Assembly: GCA_964016885.1 (NCBI GenBank)
Contig: OZ024752.1
Span: 17,422,001 to 17,486,000, forward strand
DNA: 64,000 nucleotides
Origin: Eledone cirrhosa
Lineage: Eukaryota
Direction: 5' to 3'
Positions within the stretch are counted from its first letter, which is position 1. Each line of letters begins with the position of its first letter. Below the pieces are notes generated by a model. The model saw nothing but the letters and a program-made list of their open reading frames with translations, was not told the origin of the DNA and made no database searches. Below are positions 1 to 14,488 of this stretch, one piece after another. A program made the translations under genes and the position numbers.

Positions 1-257
1 TTTATTGAATTCTCTTTTCTATCAACCAATGACCTCTACCCATCGCACTCCCCACCTTCCCCTACCACCTGAAGAGATCTATAAATACCATATTTATTTT
101 TTGATACCCAGATTCCTGATGATTTCTAAAGAATGAAACAGTTCTAGTCCTGTAGAATCTCATCTATATTAAAACTTTTATGCTCTGCTATGTATTGAGT
201 ACCTTAATTACTGTGGTTACCTCCGATTCAACCCGGAATAACGTATATATATATAAC

Positions 258-1353
<1,096 letters not shown>

Positions 1354-1360
1354 ATTATAT

Positions 1361-1466
<106 letters not shown>

Positions 1467-1960
1467 TAAAACATGAGAAGAAAGAATACTGCGTGGTTGC
1501 ACATGGGTTACATATGATAAAAATAGTCCTTCGTCAGTGATTTTCCAACCTTCATTGGTATTTCATCGCTTTAAAAATCATATACCTTCGGTTGGTGCGA
1601 ACAATAGCTAAATAAAGCTATTGGGACAAGTAAATCGCGTAAAGCGAGCGAGACAGTAAACAACAGGGAAGGATAGCAACGCAAAGATAGGAAAAAACAA
1701 GCAGCATGGGAATCCGGTCAGCTTAAGCTGGGTGGATTTCATGAGCGAGAGGGAAATACAGACCATCCGACGTGAGTGAGATGTGAGCAAGAAGAGAACC
1801 CACTACAGGCCAAACGGGAGGAAGTGAAAAGGGGAGAAACAGAGAGTGAGTGAGTGGAAGTGCGAGGAAGAGGCCAGTCGAGAGAAAGTGTAACTGACAG
1901 AGGGAGCGAAAGAAGGTGAGAGAAACATATATATATATATATATATACATATATACATGT

Positions 1961-2060
<100 letters not shown>

Positions 2061-2700
2061 CAATATATAGAGGAGATAACACGAGAGAGTTTGTTTTCAA
2101 TTACAGGGGTATAAGGCAACGAGAGTGAAAAATAAAAAAAAACATAATTAAAGAGATAAATTAAAATGTATAAACCCACCTTTATAACTATAAAACACCT
2201 GGACAGACTCAGAGAGAATGCATTACCATAAACTGTGTAAGAATCATAACGACTCAGGGTTCGTCAGCAGGTTTAAATAAGGTACGTCTCCCATTTCTAA
2301 ATAGACATTAGATAATTAACGTGTTGTACGTGTAGGGAGAAGGAAAATACGCGCGCCAGACAGTACATAGTGGCTCCTATGGATAAATAAACTGCCTGAA
2401 ATGGCAGCTTATAACCATTCAACTGAAAAGGCGCAACAGAGAAATTAGTAAGGAGCTGAAATATCAAATGAAGCAACGGAGTTAGAGACTCGCGTGTATC
2501 CCTGTAATTAAATGAGCTGAAGGAATAAGTACCGGGCTCTTCATAATACAGTATAGACAGGAGAAAACAGAAAAGAGTATGTTTTCAATTACAGCGCGAG
2601 TCTTTAACTCTGTTGTTTCATTTGATATATATATATATATATATATATCAAATGAGTGCTCACCCGGGTGAACCTGCAGTAACTCCTAGTTACACCCACT

Positions 2701-2756
<56 letters not shown>

Positions 2757-2761
<5 letters not shown>

Positions 2762-3390
2762 CCCAGAAAAACATGGGACGAGCTGATAAATTCCGACCTC
2801 ACACGCTTACACCTCTCCAAGACAATGTCACTGGACCGAGACCTTTGGCGGTACTCAGTAATAGAGAAGACCCGCCTTACCTAAATACAAAGTAAAAACC
2901 TACTACAGTCAGTAGGCATCTCTATCAAAACACACCCCCGTCCCACCACCTCCACCCCACCCACACCGCCCCTTTCAATGTAAAGTTATGTTGGTCCCAC
3001 AACATCCAGGCCGAAACAAATGAGATCGTGTAGGTGTCACGACAAAAACACACAGTCCACGCTGTAAATGTGGCCGTGTAGGCAACACGGTAAAAACCTC
3101 CCAGCCCCACACTGTAAATGTGGTTGGTGTTAGGAAGGGCATCCAGCTGTAGAAAACCCGCCAGACAGTCCACGCTGTAATGTGGCCGTGTAGGCAACAC
3201 GGTAAAAACCTCCCAGCCCCACACTGTAAATGTGGTTGGTGTTAGGAAGGGCATCCAACTGTAGAAAACCCGCCAGACAGTCCTATGCGAGCAAGACAAC
3301 CACTCTTGCCTCAAGTGGGAAAACCCCCGTCCAAACCCATGCAAGCGTGGAACACGGACGCTAAACCTGATGATGATGATGATGATGATG
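2757..3390 (+). mobile_element. RTE LINE 3' end followed by an RTE/SINE-type repeat with a ~113-bp internal duplication and a (TGA)n tail
   Basis: RPRKTWDELINSDL...DRDLWR is a typical RTE C-terminus. GGAAGGGCATCCA occurs twice. Ends in (TGA)n. Confidence 0.6.
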
Positions 3391-3529
3391 ATATACAATG
3401 CAAACACCAAAACCAACCACTAGCACAACCCGAAACAACACCGCACAGACAACACATCACAACAACCAACTACATGCTAACTCCAAACAGAATCTGACCA
3501 ACCGGCAATAAAACAACAACCCCATAACT

Positions 3530-3982
3530 CCCAGCTGTAACCGCAAAAAGCGGGGGGAATGCCCACTGAGCGGGAAGTGCCTCGTTTAATACATTATATA
3601 CCAGTACGATGTCACAGCCGGTCGGAAGGAATACACCTATATAGGCGCGACCTCGACTAAATTTAAAGAGCGTTTGTACAACCACAAAAGCTCTTTCAAC
3701 CACAGACCTAAGCGTTCCCAAACCAGTCGGGCCGATTTAATCTGGAACCTCAAAGATAGGAATCTGAAATACCAGATCAAATGGTCCGTTTGGAGACGCA
3801 TGGCCCAACTTTCCAGCAAAGGAAGCCACTGCAGGTTGTGCCTGGCAGAATCGGTAGAAATCATTAAATTAAAATCGGTCATTAATTTGAGATCGGAAAT
3901 CCTCATAAACTGCAGACACACCGAAAAGCATAATTCTCTGCCATGGTATATGGGCAGTAACCACAGACCGACCAAAACTTAA
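3530..3982 (+). mobile_element. PLE GIY-YIG endonuclease C-terminal fragment, decayed
   Basis: Reads SCNRKKRGECPLSGKCLV*YIIYQ...YTYIGATSTKFKERLYNHKSSF...CRLCLAE...INLRSEILINCRH, with one in-frame stop. Confidence 0.85.
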
Positions 3983-4445
3983 CCACCTGAAATTAGACAA
4001 CGATAGACACAACATCCTAGTAACTGCTAACTTTATCATCGTCTCCATTACTACTGTTACGTTCATTACAATTGATGTTCTTGTTAATATTACATTGCAT
4101 CCTTTATCATGTCCCTCATCACTAAACATATCACCGTATATCCACAACTCTCAACCACACTAACACATACCACATACCCTTAAGGCACACACAAACCAGC
4201 AGCGCCATGCACATCACCCCAATTGATTTCATCACTTCCATTTGTATTACCAATTTCATCACCGTTATTTAACATTACAGGGGCGGTGGATTGGCAGGTT
4301 CTTTCTATTTCAAGGTTAACGCTTGAAATAGAAGGAACATGGTCTTATCGTTTCGGTCGCTTGTCCTTCATCAAAAGAAAGTATGTTAAATAAGATAAAC
4401 TGAAGGGTGAATGCAGCGATTCTTTGCATAAACTTTAATCTGTTA

Positions 4446-4487
<42 letters not shown>

Positions 4488-4515
4488 ATCAAAAGATGGT
4501 TAAAAGAGTTCCAAG

Positions 4516-4586
4516 TATTTTATTATGCGCATTTCAAAAACATATATCATCATGGGATGATATCTGCGTTCTCATCAGATAAAATA
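4516..4586 (-). ncRNA. Type-I hammerhead ribozyme
   Basis: Minus strand: TATTTTAT-CTGATGA-GAAC..ATATCATC ccat GATGATAT..GTTT..-GAAA-TGCGCA-TA-ATAAAATA. 8-bp stem I and palindromic stem III (ATGCGCAT). Confidence 0.8.
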
Positions 4587-4732
4587 GGGAGACATGAGCT
4601 GAAGCTTAAAAAACACTTGTGAGCAGCGAGGTTTTAAATCAACATATCTTATATTAGTTATACCCCAGTCCTAGAGTGCTACTTATCCGATATTTGCATT
4701 GCTTTATTGTGCTACAATAAAATTCACCTCCT

Positions 4733-4764
<32 letters not shown>

Positions 4765-4769
4765 TTCGT

Positions 4770-5130
4770 TTTCTGAATTTGTTTAGCAAGATTCTTTATC
4801 TGAAAACGTGTGTTGAAACCGATATTGTTATACTTTGGGAGGGTCATGTTGCCAATAAGAAACACACGTACCAGTTGCTTTCACTCCAATTTATTATAAA
4901 TCAAGAAATTTTTTCAAAAAAAAAAAAAAGAATTTATGTAAAAGAATTTATTTTTTATTTTTTTTTTTTTAAATTTATAAATTTCCGGTTGGTTGGTTCC
5001 ACAACCGGATGGTTGTTCATATATTGTCAAAGTTATTTCGTCACACATTGTGTGACCTCTTCAGTGACTGGCGATTTCTTTCTTTGTTTTGTGCCAGTCC
5101 TTTGTTCCGTCCTACGCCATCTTGTTTTTG
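4770..5130 (-). mobile_element. Solo PLE pseudo-LTR related to the 45030-47930 element
   Basis: Shares ATATTGTTATACTT.GGGAGGGTCAT and CTACGCCATCTT blocks with 45080-45370, and has a hammerhead between them. Confidence 0.75.
5026..5068 (-). ncRNA. Minimal type-I hammerhead ribozyme
   Basis: Minus strand: GTCA-CTGAAGA-G-GTCACAC aat GTGTGAC-GAAA-TAACTT-TGAC. Confidence 0.75.
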
Positions 5131-5212
5131 TATATATAGTAATAATAATAAATTTGAATAATTCTTTGCTTAAACTTTAATCTGTTATTTTAATAAATAA
5201 ATAAATAAATAA

Positions 5213-5355
<143 letters not shown>

Positions 5356-5503
5356 TAACAGATTAAAGTTTAAGCAAAGCCGCAATTCTTTGCTTAAACT
5401 TAATGTGTTATTTTAAATATTTGCTCTAGGGTTCTTATATATTTGATATATATTTATGCTTATCGAGCCCTCTTTGGAGTTTAGTCTTCTCATTTATTAT
5501 TAT

Positions 5504-5569
<66 letters not shown>

Positions 5570-5571
<2 letters not shown>

Positions 5572-6135
5572 TATAAAGCATGTCCATAGAATCATTCGAT
5601 AATATATATACACCATTTCCTCTCCCAATTAGCATAATCAACCACACAAAAAAACAATTAAACCAGGCTATAAGATTAAAAGCACCTATGAAGAAATTGT
5701 AGATAGATAAACGACAGCCATCTATTAGCGATCAACCGCTATAGAATATTTACCCAACATTTCAATAGCACGTGGAAATCGATTAAATATACCTTCAACC
5801 ATACACAATTAGGTATAAAATTAAAGTTAGAAGAAAAAATGCATATACACATACCAGGATTACGTTTCTACCCTTAGGGTTTCGTTCGCTTTTGGAAATA
5901 TCCTATCAAGGATAAATTCTCGAGCTTCGAACTCATCAGGAAACAAACTCACTTGGACAAAGATTTTTCTTAAATGATCCCCGCCAGAAACGAATTCAAA
6001 ATGGCTAAGAACTGTGACGTGGCAGTGGTCAAGTCAGAAAGAATGTGATTGGTGCCTTACGACGAGTGGGCTAGTTGCTAGAAAGCGCAGCCCAATATTG
6101 CCCAAATTGCATCTCAACCTTATGGGAGATTATCA
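5570..6135 (-). mobile_element. Diverged single monomer of the 656-nt hammerhead repeat family (array at 57.1-59.25 kb)
   Basis: Shares colinear blocks with that array: ccatttcctctcccaat, cctatgaagaaat, aatggctaagaa..gtgacgtggcag.ggtcaag and gaaagcgcagcccaatat. Confidence 0.85.
5864..5944 (-). ncRNA. Type-I hammerhead ribozyme with extended stem II
   Basis: Minus strand: GTTTC-CTGATGA-GTTCG...CGAAC-GAAAC-CCTAAGG-GTA-GAAAC. Confidence 0.88.
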
Positions 6136-7436
6136 AATATAAAGATTTACATATACACAAACTATATATATATATATGTGTGTGTGTGTATATATGTGTA
6201 GATATGTGTATGTGCGTGTGTATATGTAAGTGTATGTATGTGTGAGTGTGTGTATGTGTGTGTATGAATATGTATGTGGGCTGTAATTATCTATACATGT
6301 AGGGAAGTGAATATGTGACCAAGCATGTCGCTCCACCCACACATCCCCTCCCAAACCAATATCACCATCGTACATTTCTGACAAATATTCCCAAACTATC
6401 CTGAATTTTCTCTTTGCTGTCATCCCATTCTTATCAAAAGACAAGTATCTTACACCTCATTAAAACCCCCCCACCACCAGACAAACACCTAAATTCATCT
6501 TTAATATAGAAAATTGTAGAAGTTATTCTTCATAAATTTAAGGTAGTTGATTCAGCTATAAGAAAAGAATTTGAAAAACATCCTGCCATTATATTCATCA
6601 CAGGTCATTTATTGAAATGTAACCCGCAGGAGGAGACTTTTACAGTCCCTTTCCTAAACAGTCTTTAAACAACCCAACACCACTCCCAATTATCTTGCTG
6701 TTACCATTCACTATTTTCTGTATATGTATCTGTTAGACACGCAGTGACTAACAACAGAATGTTTTAAGTCTGCATGTTGTATGAAAATATATGCGTAGTT
6801 TGTGAATAAAAGATTCAAGGGGTATTGCTGGCCGTGGCGATTCCTTCCAAACATGTTTTGTAATGTATCGTCTTATTGGCTAATTTCATCGTCTTATTGG
6901 CTAATCAACCAATGAGAGTAATTGTTGCTCAAAAGCGTTTTGTTTGCACGTTTATTTATCGTTTCGCTTTCGAATCTTCCTCATGTATTTTGTCGTTTTA
7001 TCATCAAAATATTTTTCTCGTTTTGGTAAGTTATATTGTTAATTTATATATGAATTTTTAAATTTATATTAACTATTTTTTTTCAGTTCGTTATAACATG
7101 CTTAGAATATTGGTTGTATCATATTTACTTGTATATATGTCCATATTATTGTTCGTTTTATGTTAGATTATTTTATTATTATTATGTTAGATTATTTTTT
7201 TATTATTATGTTAGACTATTTGTATGTAATATTTAATTTTTATTAATTCAACTATAACAATTATTATGTAAAATATATTTATTTAATATTGATTGTTTTT
7301 TGTAGTTGTTTATATTAAAAGTCTCAAAATATTTTTATACATCTTACAATAATATTTATAAGATCATTTATAAAATAACAATTATATAAACTAATTACAT
7401 TACAACAATAATTTATTATTAATATATATCATTAAG

Positions 7437-7627
7437 GGCGGTGAATTGGCAGTATCGGTAGAGGGTTGGACGCCATGCTTTCTAGCATAGTTACGTCCCT
7501 TTACGGTTTGAGTTCAAATCCCGCTGAGGTTAACTTTGCCTTTCATCCTTACGGGGTCGATAAAATAAAGTACCAGTAATGTACTGGTAATTTGCTGGCC
7601 TTGTGCCTAAAGTAGAAACAATTATTA
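7437..7627 (+). mobile_element. tRNA-derived SINE with a Nin/Deu-like central domain
   Basis: A box (TGGCAGTATCGG), B box (GTTCAAATCC), GCCTTTCATCCTTACGGGGTCGATAAAA core and ATT tail. Further full or partial copies at ~11303-11380(-), 16945-17068(+), 17840-17895(+), 34375-34563(-), 35205-35350(+), 50710-50875(-) and 53245-53355(-). Confidence 0.85.
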
Positions 7628-7959
7628 ATATATATCATGTTTAACTAGAATTATTACAAGCGTTGCCTTAAAAAGATATTAAACTAGACCTGAAAAATGC
7701 GCAAGCTCAAAAGAGCCACAACATGTTATAATAAAATTTCAAAAGTGTGGGACTAGAGTTGTTGCTCAAAAATATTGTAATCATTATCTATCGTACACTC
7801 TGTGGCATCCTTTTATAAAAAAAGAGACTCATAACGAACTCAAGATGACACGATAATTATTTAAGTGAATTTATAATATAGAATTCGGTTTAAGTGCATT
7901 TCGTATTAATCATTACTAAACATCTAATATGAGATATTGAACATTAGCTTAAATAATTA

Positions 7960-10262
7960 TCGTGTCGTTGTGAGGCGGCGAGATGTACAGGATCTGTGCA
8001 GTGTTCGTGTGATGCGTGGGGCAGAGTGTTGGACCGACCATCGTCTGGTGAGAGCAAGAGCAAGATGTGTAGTTCGTAAAAGGGAGAAACGGCGAGGGGT
8101 ATCACTTCCGAAACGGCTGAACGTTGCCCGTCTGAAGGATCCTGAAGTCAGAGAAAATCTGGTTAAAAAGATGAATGCGTTAGAGTGCGGAAATGACTGG
8201 ACTTCCTTTAAGGAGGCAGTTTATGGGGCATGTGCTGATGTTGTTGGATTCACGGATAAGAAGCATCAGGATTGGTTTGACCAAAATGACAAGCTTATAG
8301 ACAAGCTTTTGGAGGAGAAATATATGCTCCACTCCGCATTGCTTGGTAGTGATTTAAGTACCGATCGGCAGAAGGCAATCGCTGATAAGCTGAAGCTCGT
8401 AAAAGCTGATGTGCAACGAAAATTGCGTGAAATGAAGAATAAATGGTGGAATGACAAAGCCGATGAAATACAACTTGCGTCGGATGTGAAGGACGTTAAG
8501 GCAATGTATAATCTTCTTCGTGAAGTGTATGGACCACCTACATCACCAGTTGCGCCTCTTAGGACAAAGGATGGCAATCAGCTCCTTAGAGATCCCAATG
8601 ATATCCTGTTGAGATGGCGGGAACACTTTGACGAGCTTCTCAATAGGGATTCAGAGGTTGACGAAGAGTTTATCAGGTCCATACCTGATAAGCCAGTAAA
8701 GGAAATCCTTGCTGAGCCTCCAACGATCGAGGAGGTTAAAAGTTCTGTCAGGAAACTCAACGGTGGGAAGTCGTCCGGATTGGATGGGCTGTATGCTGAG
8801 ATCTTGAAGCACGGTGGAGAGAATCTCTTGCACCGACTTCATTCTTTGGTTCTGGATGCCTGGAACAACAATCATGTTCCCAATGACTGGAAGGATGCTG
8901 TGATGGTTGTTTTGTACAAGGGAAAGGGAGACAGGGATAACTGCGGAAACTATCGTGGAATATCACTGTTGTATGTTGTCGGCAAAGTAGTTCTCTGTAG
9001 AATTCTGTTGGGCTGTTTGTTGCTCCACATTGCTGATGAAACTCTACCAGAGTCGCAGTCGGGCTTTTGGGCTGGGCGTGGCACTGTGGACATGATCTTT
9101 ACAGCCAGACAACTGCAGGAAAAGTGTGTTGAGCAAAATATGGATCTCTACCAGGTGTTTGTTGGTCTGACAAAGGCGTTTGACACGGTCAACAGAAAGG
9201 CTTTATGGGATATCTTGAGGAAGCTGGGGTGCCCTGAGAATTCTTTTTTCCATTTTGCGTTTGTTTCATGATGACATGAAGGCATAGGTAAATGTTGGTG
9301 GAAAGTTCTCTGAGCCGGTGACGGTCGAGAATGGAGTCAAACAGGGTGACATTCCAGCTCCAACGCTCTTTGCTTTTTACTTCTCCATTGTCTTCGAACA
9401 GGCCTTCGGGAACTGCAATCATGGTATATATGTTCGCTATCGATCAACTGTAAAGCTGTTTAATACCAGGAGGTTCAATGCTAAGTCAAAGGTTCACTTG
9501 TCTCTAATCAGGGATTTGCTTTATGCAGATGACTGTGACCTGGTAGCGCACACTGAGATTGATATGCAGCATCTCATGGATGCATTTTCTAATGCGTGTA
9601 CTGCATTGGGACTTACCATAAGCCTGAAAAAGACAGTAGCCATGTACCAACCAGCCCCTGGGAAGCCATGTTGTGAGCGCAACATCTTGGTTTATGGTGA
9701 AAGGCTAAGGGTCGTTGGCAGTTTTGTATATCTTGGAAGCACTCTGAGTATGTCCTGCGATCTTGATGGGGAAATATCAAACAGGATACAGAAAGCCAGT
9801 GATGCTTTTGGAAAACTGAACAAGCGTCTCTGGTCTCAACATGGAATTTCGGTAAAGACAAAGCTCAAAGTATCATGCGTGTGTGCTCGCGGCACTTCTT
9901 TATGCTTGTGAGACGTGGGTGGTCTACCGTAGACAGATGAAGCGACTTGAGAGGTTCCACCAGTACTGCTTACGTCGGATCCTCGGCATAACTTGGCAAA
10001 TGTTTGTCAGTGACGTCGAGGTTCTGGACAGAAGTGGCTGTGATAGTGTCAAGTCCTTGATTTTGAAACATCAGCTGCGTTGGACAGGCCATCTTATAAG
10101 GATGAATGACAAGCGAATGCCGAAGCAGCTGCTTTATGGCGAGCTCCAAATGGGGAAAAGGAACGCGAGCAAACCCAAGATGCGTTTTAAGGACTGCATC
10201 AAGGGGGCGCTCAAGAAAAGTAACATCCCTTGTGAGCACTGGGAAGCATGCGCTAGCGACCG
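7960..10262 (+). mobile_element. 5'-truncated RTE (BovB-like) LINE with frameshifted RT
   Basis: End of APE (GAECWTDHRLV), RT motifs NYRGISLL, GVKQGDIPAPTLF and YADD, then YACETW...LRWTGH. Split over three ORFs. Confidence 0.93.
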
Positions 10263-10265
10263 ATC

Positions 10266-11240
10266 GCTTCCCACCTACATTAGTGATCCCCTCTGGCTTC
10301 TCAACATTCTTTACTACATATTTTGTTTTAGTCTCATTCATTATCAGCCCCACACTCATCGACACAGTCTCAACCTCCTGCATCAAATCCTCTGCCTCCT
10401 TCACTGTATTTGTCACCAAAACTATGTCGTCGGCAAATTCAGCATCCGATATCTTTTTCGCCTTAACTCTCCTGCTCTGAGCCGGTGTTACAGTAAAGCC
10501 AGAGTCCTGGTGTTTCTCCAGTGCAAGGCGCATACAATAGTCCACTATGATGATAAAAATATCAGGTAGATCAGGCGGCTGTTTGAAGAACTGGATATTG
10601 AGACAGAGCCCTTCACCAGAGAGGAGCTTCAGAGAGCCAAGAAGATCAAGGAGGGCAAGGCTCATGGAGAAGATGGAGTGGCATCAGAGGTAATGAAGAG
10701 GTGTGATTTTGATGATATCATCCTGGGGTTCTGTAACCAGGCACTGGATAAAGGAGTTGCCCCGAATCAGTGGAGGATCAGTGGCATCGTCCCAGTGCCA
10801 AAGAAGGGAGATCTCTCTGGCACCTACAACTACCGGGGGATCTCACTGACGTCACTTGTGGCAAAGACCCTCAACAGGATGATTCTTAACAGGATCCAGC
10901 CTGAGATGAAGAAGAAGCTCAGGGACAACCAGAACGACTTCAGAGCAGGAAGATCAACCACCAGTCACATCCTGATGCTGAGGAGGATATTAGAGGGAGC
11001 TAGAGCAAAGTGCCTTCCTGCGGTCATGGTTTTCATTGACTTTAGGAAGGCCTTTGATTTTGTGGACCGTCACTGCCTGATGAAGATCTTACAGGCTTCA
11101 GGAATCCCAAAGAAGATAGTGGACCTGATATCACTGCTCTACACCAACACCAAAGCCCAAGTCATTACACCTGATGGGAGTTCTTTGAGATACTGGCTGG
11201 AGTGCTCCAGGGAGATACATTGGCTCCTTATCATCGTAGT
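10266..11240. mobile_element. Internally inverted fragment of the RTE family seen at 41670-44979
   Basis: 10266-10558 is the reverse complement of ~44100-44390, and 10568-11240 matches ~43425-44118 directly. Confidence 0.9.
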
Positions 11241-11674
11241 GAACTTTTTATGTATGTCTATTTATCTATCTATTGATGTACGCATATATATATATATATA
11301 ATTATTTCTATTTTTGGCACAAGGCAAGCAATTATCTCAGTGCATTACTGATACTTTATTTTGTCGACCCCGTAAGGATAATAAGAACAAAGTAGAGGTT
11401 TTACATACGAGATTTATTGCTTAACCCAGTTATCTTTCCCAGGCAGCTCGCTCGTGATCTGGGTTCATCATCCCAGACCAGACTCCAAGTCTGCCTGATC
11501 CTCAGACCAGTGTTAACACATCGAAAAGGAAGGTAAGGAAAAGAGACTGCTCTAAACTGCCTGCTGTTGAACATCATCTGGTTTTCCAGCACTGTGGTCG
11601 AGTCTGCCTGAATAAAACTGGTTTGACTAGACACGAACAAAGTCATATCAGTAGACCTTATGTAGATTATGTCC

Positions 11675-11890
11675 TGAAAAGGTGTAAAGAATGTGGCAAG
11701 AAGTGTGCTAGCATGGGAGGTCTTAAAATACACATGAGAACACACAGCCAGAACAAAGCAATGGAAAGTCCCGGAGGAGCCTATAGCTGCCAAGTATGTG
11801 CCAGAGGGTGCACATTTTTGGCTGGTTTGAAAAGCCACATTCGTGCCTCACATTTGGCTATGCTTGATCATGAGTTTGCGGCCATCATGT
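11675..11890 (+). mobile_element. RTE 3' terminus with two C2H2 fingers and a 3' tail (probably the displaced end of the 7960-10262 element)
   Basis: CKECGKKCASMGGLKIHMRTH and CQVCARGCTFLAGLKSHIRASH match the C-terminus of the 30764 RTE. Tail is ...GCCATCATGTATG. Confidence 0.8.
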
Positions 11891-12101
11891 ATGTGTGTAT
11901 GTGTATATGTGTGTGTGTATGTAGGTATGCATGTAAGTCTGCTTGTGTGTGTGCGCGCGCGTGCATGTATGCATGCATATTCGTAACAAGACTAACTATT
12001 TAACTTTAAAAAATATGAATCTCTTTCTCTCTCTCTTTGTCTCTATATCTCTTTATGCATGCATATATGTGTGTATGTATGCATCTCTCTCTTTCTCCCC
12101 C

Positions 12102-12174
<73 letters not shown>

Positions 12175-12209
12175 CGTGTGTGTGTGCGTGCATGTGTCTG
12201 TATGTATGT

Positions 12210-13790
12210 TAGGTCGCTCTTCAGCGCTACTGGTAATAGGTAACCCAGTACAACCTGTTCATGGTTGGATCGTCGGCGACTAAAACTGCAAGTTCGCCCA
12301 GCTTGATTGGTGAGGAGGAGGATTTTGGACACCCTGCGAGATGCAAAACAAAACCCGTCAAAGGGTGGGAATCAGGAGTATAAACGGCCATCCAAGAAAG
12401 TATTTTTTAAGGGGGGGGGGGGTGGAAGGAGAGAGCCCTCGTCTTAATTAAGACATCTCTCTGGAAGGTCACTCTGATATAAAACCTGCGACATCGTTTG
12501 CATCCAATGGTGTAGACCAGTTCTATTTTTTGAGTAAATGTATTCGATGTTCAGAGGGTGGGATTGGCTCCGTGCACAGTCTTTCCTCACTTAAGAAAGT
12601 TTCAAGCCCCGGCATCGCTTGATATGTGACATTTTTTGTGATGCATGGTATTGCTGGCCATAGGCAGGTCCCTAGCAGGACTAAAAAGCTACGTCCGTGA
12701 TATTCATGCTTAAGTTTCAAGCGATGGCATTACGCGAAATCGAGTTTCATGTATGTATGTATGTATGTATGTATGTATGTATGTATGTATGTATGTATGT
12801 ATGTATGTATGTATGTATGTATGTATGTATGTATTGGGTAAGAGAGTGCGACTGGCTTTGTGCAGTGCCTTTGCTCACTATAAAAGCTTCACGGCACAGG
12901 CATTGCTTTATATCTGGAGATCTCTCTGCACTTGTCGTCACATGGTACAATGGGCCCAGCACTATGTGTCAATAATTGTCACAAGTGTAGTGTTTGTACC
13001 AGAGTTTTCAAGTCGCTGGCTGGACTAAAAAGTCACACTCGTTCAGCGCATCGGTAGGGGTTCTCCTACATGGATATAAAGTAGTGGCCGTACTCGAAAA
13101 CGAGTTGGCAGCCACCATGTATGTATGTATGTATGTATGTATGTATGTATGTATGTATGTTATCTACTGGTAACATGTATCCCAGTACAACCTGCCTCAT
13201 GGTCGGGTCGTTGGCGACTAAACTGGCAACCCCACCAAGGTTTCTTGGTGAGGAGGGTGACTTTGGACATCCTGCAGGACTAAAAACAAAACCTGTCAAA
13301 GGGCAAAGGAGCTCTTAAGAGTCAATGGCCATCCAAAATCACCGGGAGAGATGACCCCTTAGCCTTGTCTGATATAACACCTGCAACCCTGATGGTATCC
13401 AATGATGTTGACTTGTTCTTCTTTTTGGTAAATATCATCTTGGTTAAGAGAGTGGGACTGGCTTTGTGCAGTGCCTTTGCTCACTATAAAAGCTTCACGG
13501 CACAGGCATTGCTTTATATCTGGAGATCTCTCTACACTTGTAGTCACATGGTACCATGGGCCCAGCACTATGTCTCAATAATTGTCACAAGTGTAGTGTT
13601 TGTACCAGAGTTTTCAAGTCACTGGCTGGACTAAAAAGTCACACTTGTTCAGCGCATCGGTAGGGTATCTCCTACATGGATATAAAGTAGTGGCCGTACT
13701 CGAAAACGAGTTGGCAGCCACTATGTATGTATGTATGTATGTATGTATGTATGTATGTATGTATGTATGTATGTATGTATGTATGTATGT
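12210..13790 (+). mobile_element. Cluster of short non-autonomous RTE-derived elements separated by (TATG)n
   Basis: 12835-13120 and 13440-13725 are near-identical. 12225-12395 resembles 13165-13335. Both end GGCCGTACTCGAAAACGAGTTGGCAGCCAC(C/T)ATG(TATG)n. Related pieces at 29730-30300(-), 34590-34870(-) and 49690-49790(-). Confidence 0.7.
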
Positions 13791-13791
13791 A

Positions 13792-14488
13792 TGTTCTTCT
13801 GGTTTTATAATTTCATAAGGTTTTACCAATAGAGAGAGAGTCGGTTTCTAACATAGACACAAGGCTCTCTCATTGGAATTTACACAACATCAACTAGGTA
13901 GATATGTATGCATGCATGCGTAGATATGGATGTTATTGTATGTGTGGATGTGTATGTTTTGAGTTGTATGTGTGCATGTGTATATGCTTTTTATCTGTAC
14001 ATGTGTATAAGCAGTTATTAGATGCAAAATATTTGGAATGTTTTACATATTCTTTACTGTTCTATTAATGGATTGTACTTGTAGTTTCCTAACTAGTTGT
14101 TCTTTCTGTTCCTGTGAAGCCTAGCTTCTCAAGATTTGTATTGAGGCAGTTACTAACATATGCCAGTGCTCCAATAATCACAGGCATAAATCTGAAGGTG
14201 TAATCAGGGTGGAGTATCTGCAGATTTCTCATCAGTTCTGCATAAATATTCTCCTTTTCACTCATCTTTGATATTATATTGGCATCTGCTAGGCAGCTAA
14301 TTTCCACTACTGTGTATGTTTTCTTTTCCCTTTCCCATATCATAATATCTAGTCTGTTATGCCTGCATTTTATTGGGGTTTTTACTGGAACATTTCACCA
14401 GTACTCTTTCATATTATGTACATATGTCTTCCACATTGCTGTAGCTTTTAATGTGTTTATTATCGGGGCTATCTTTTTTACGAACTGC
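13792..14488 (-). mobile_element. 5'-truncated R4/Dong LINE 3' end (RLE endonuclease and 3' UTR)
   Basis: Near-identical to 29040-29712 (MIWEREKK..VEISC). Flanked on both sides by (TATG)n. Confidence 0.88.

Noticed and set aside
1520-1545. Hammerhead on minus (CTGACGA-AGGACT; also at 22860-22875)
   Set aside because: No closing stem II or GAAA downstream; at most a half motif.
6300-6720. Possible coding exon
   Set aside because: Only short open frames without recognisable motifs or clear splice sites.
6860-6920. CCAAT-box promoter cluster
   Set aside because: Two of the boxes come from a short local duplication and no linked exon is visible.
11623-12003. Host C2H2 zinc-finger gene
   Set aside because: The fingers match the RTE C-terminus at 30764-31070 and are followed by an RTE-type 3' tail.
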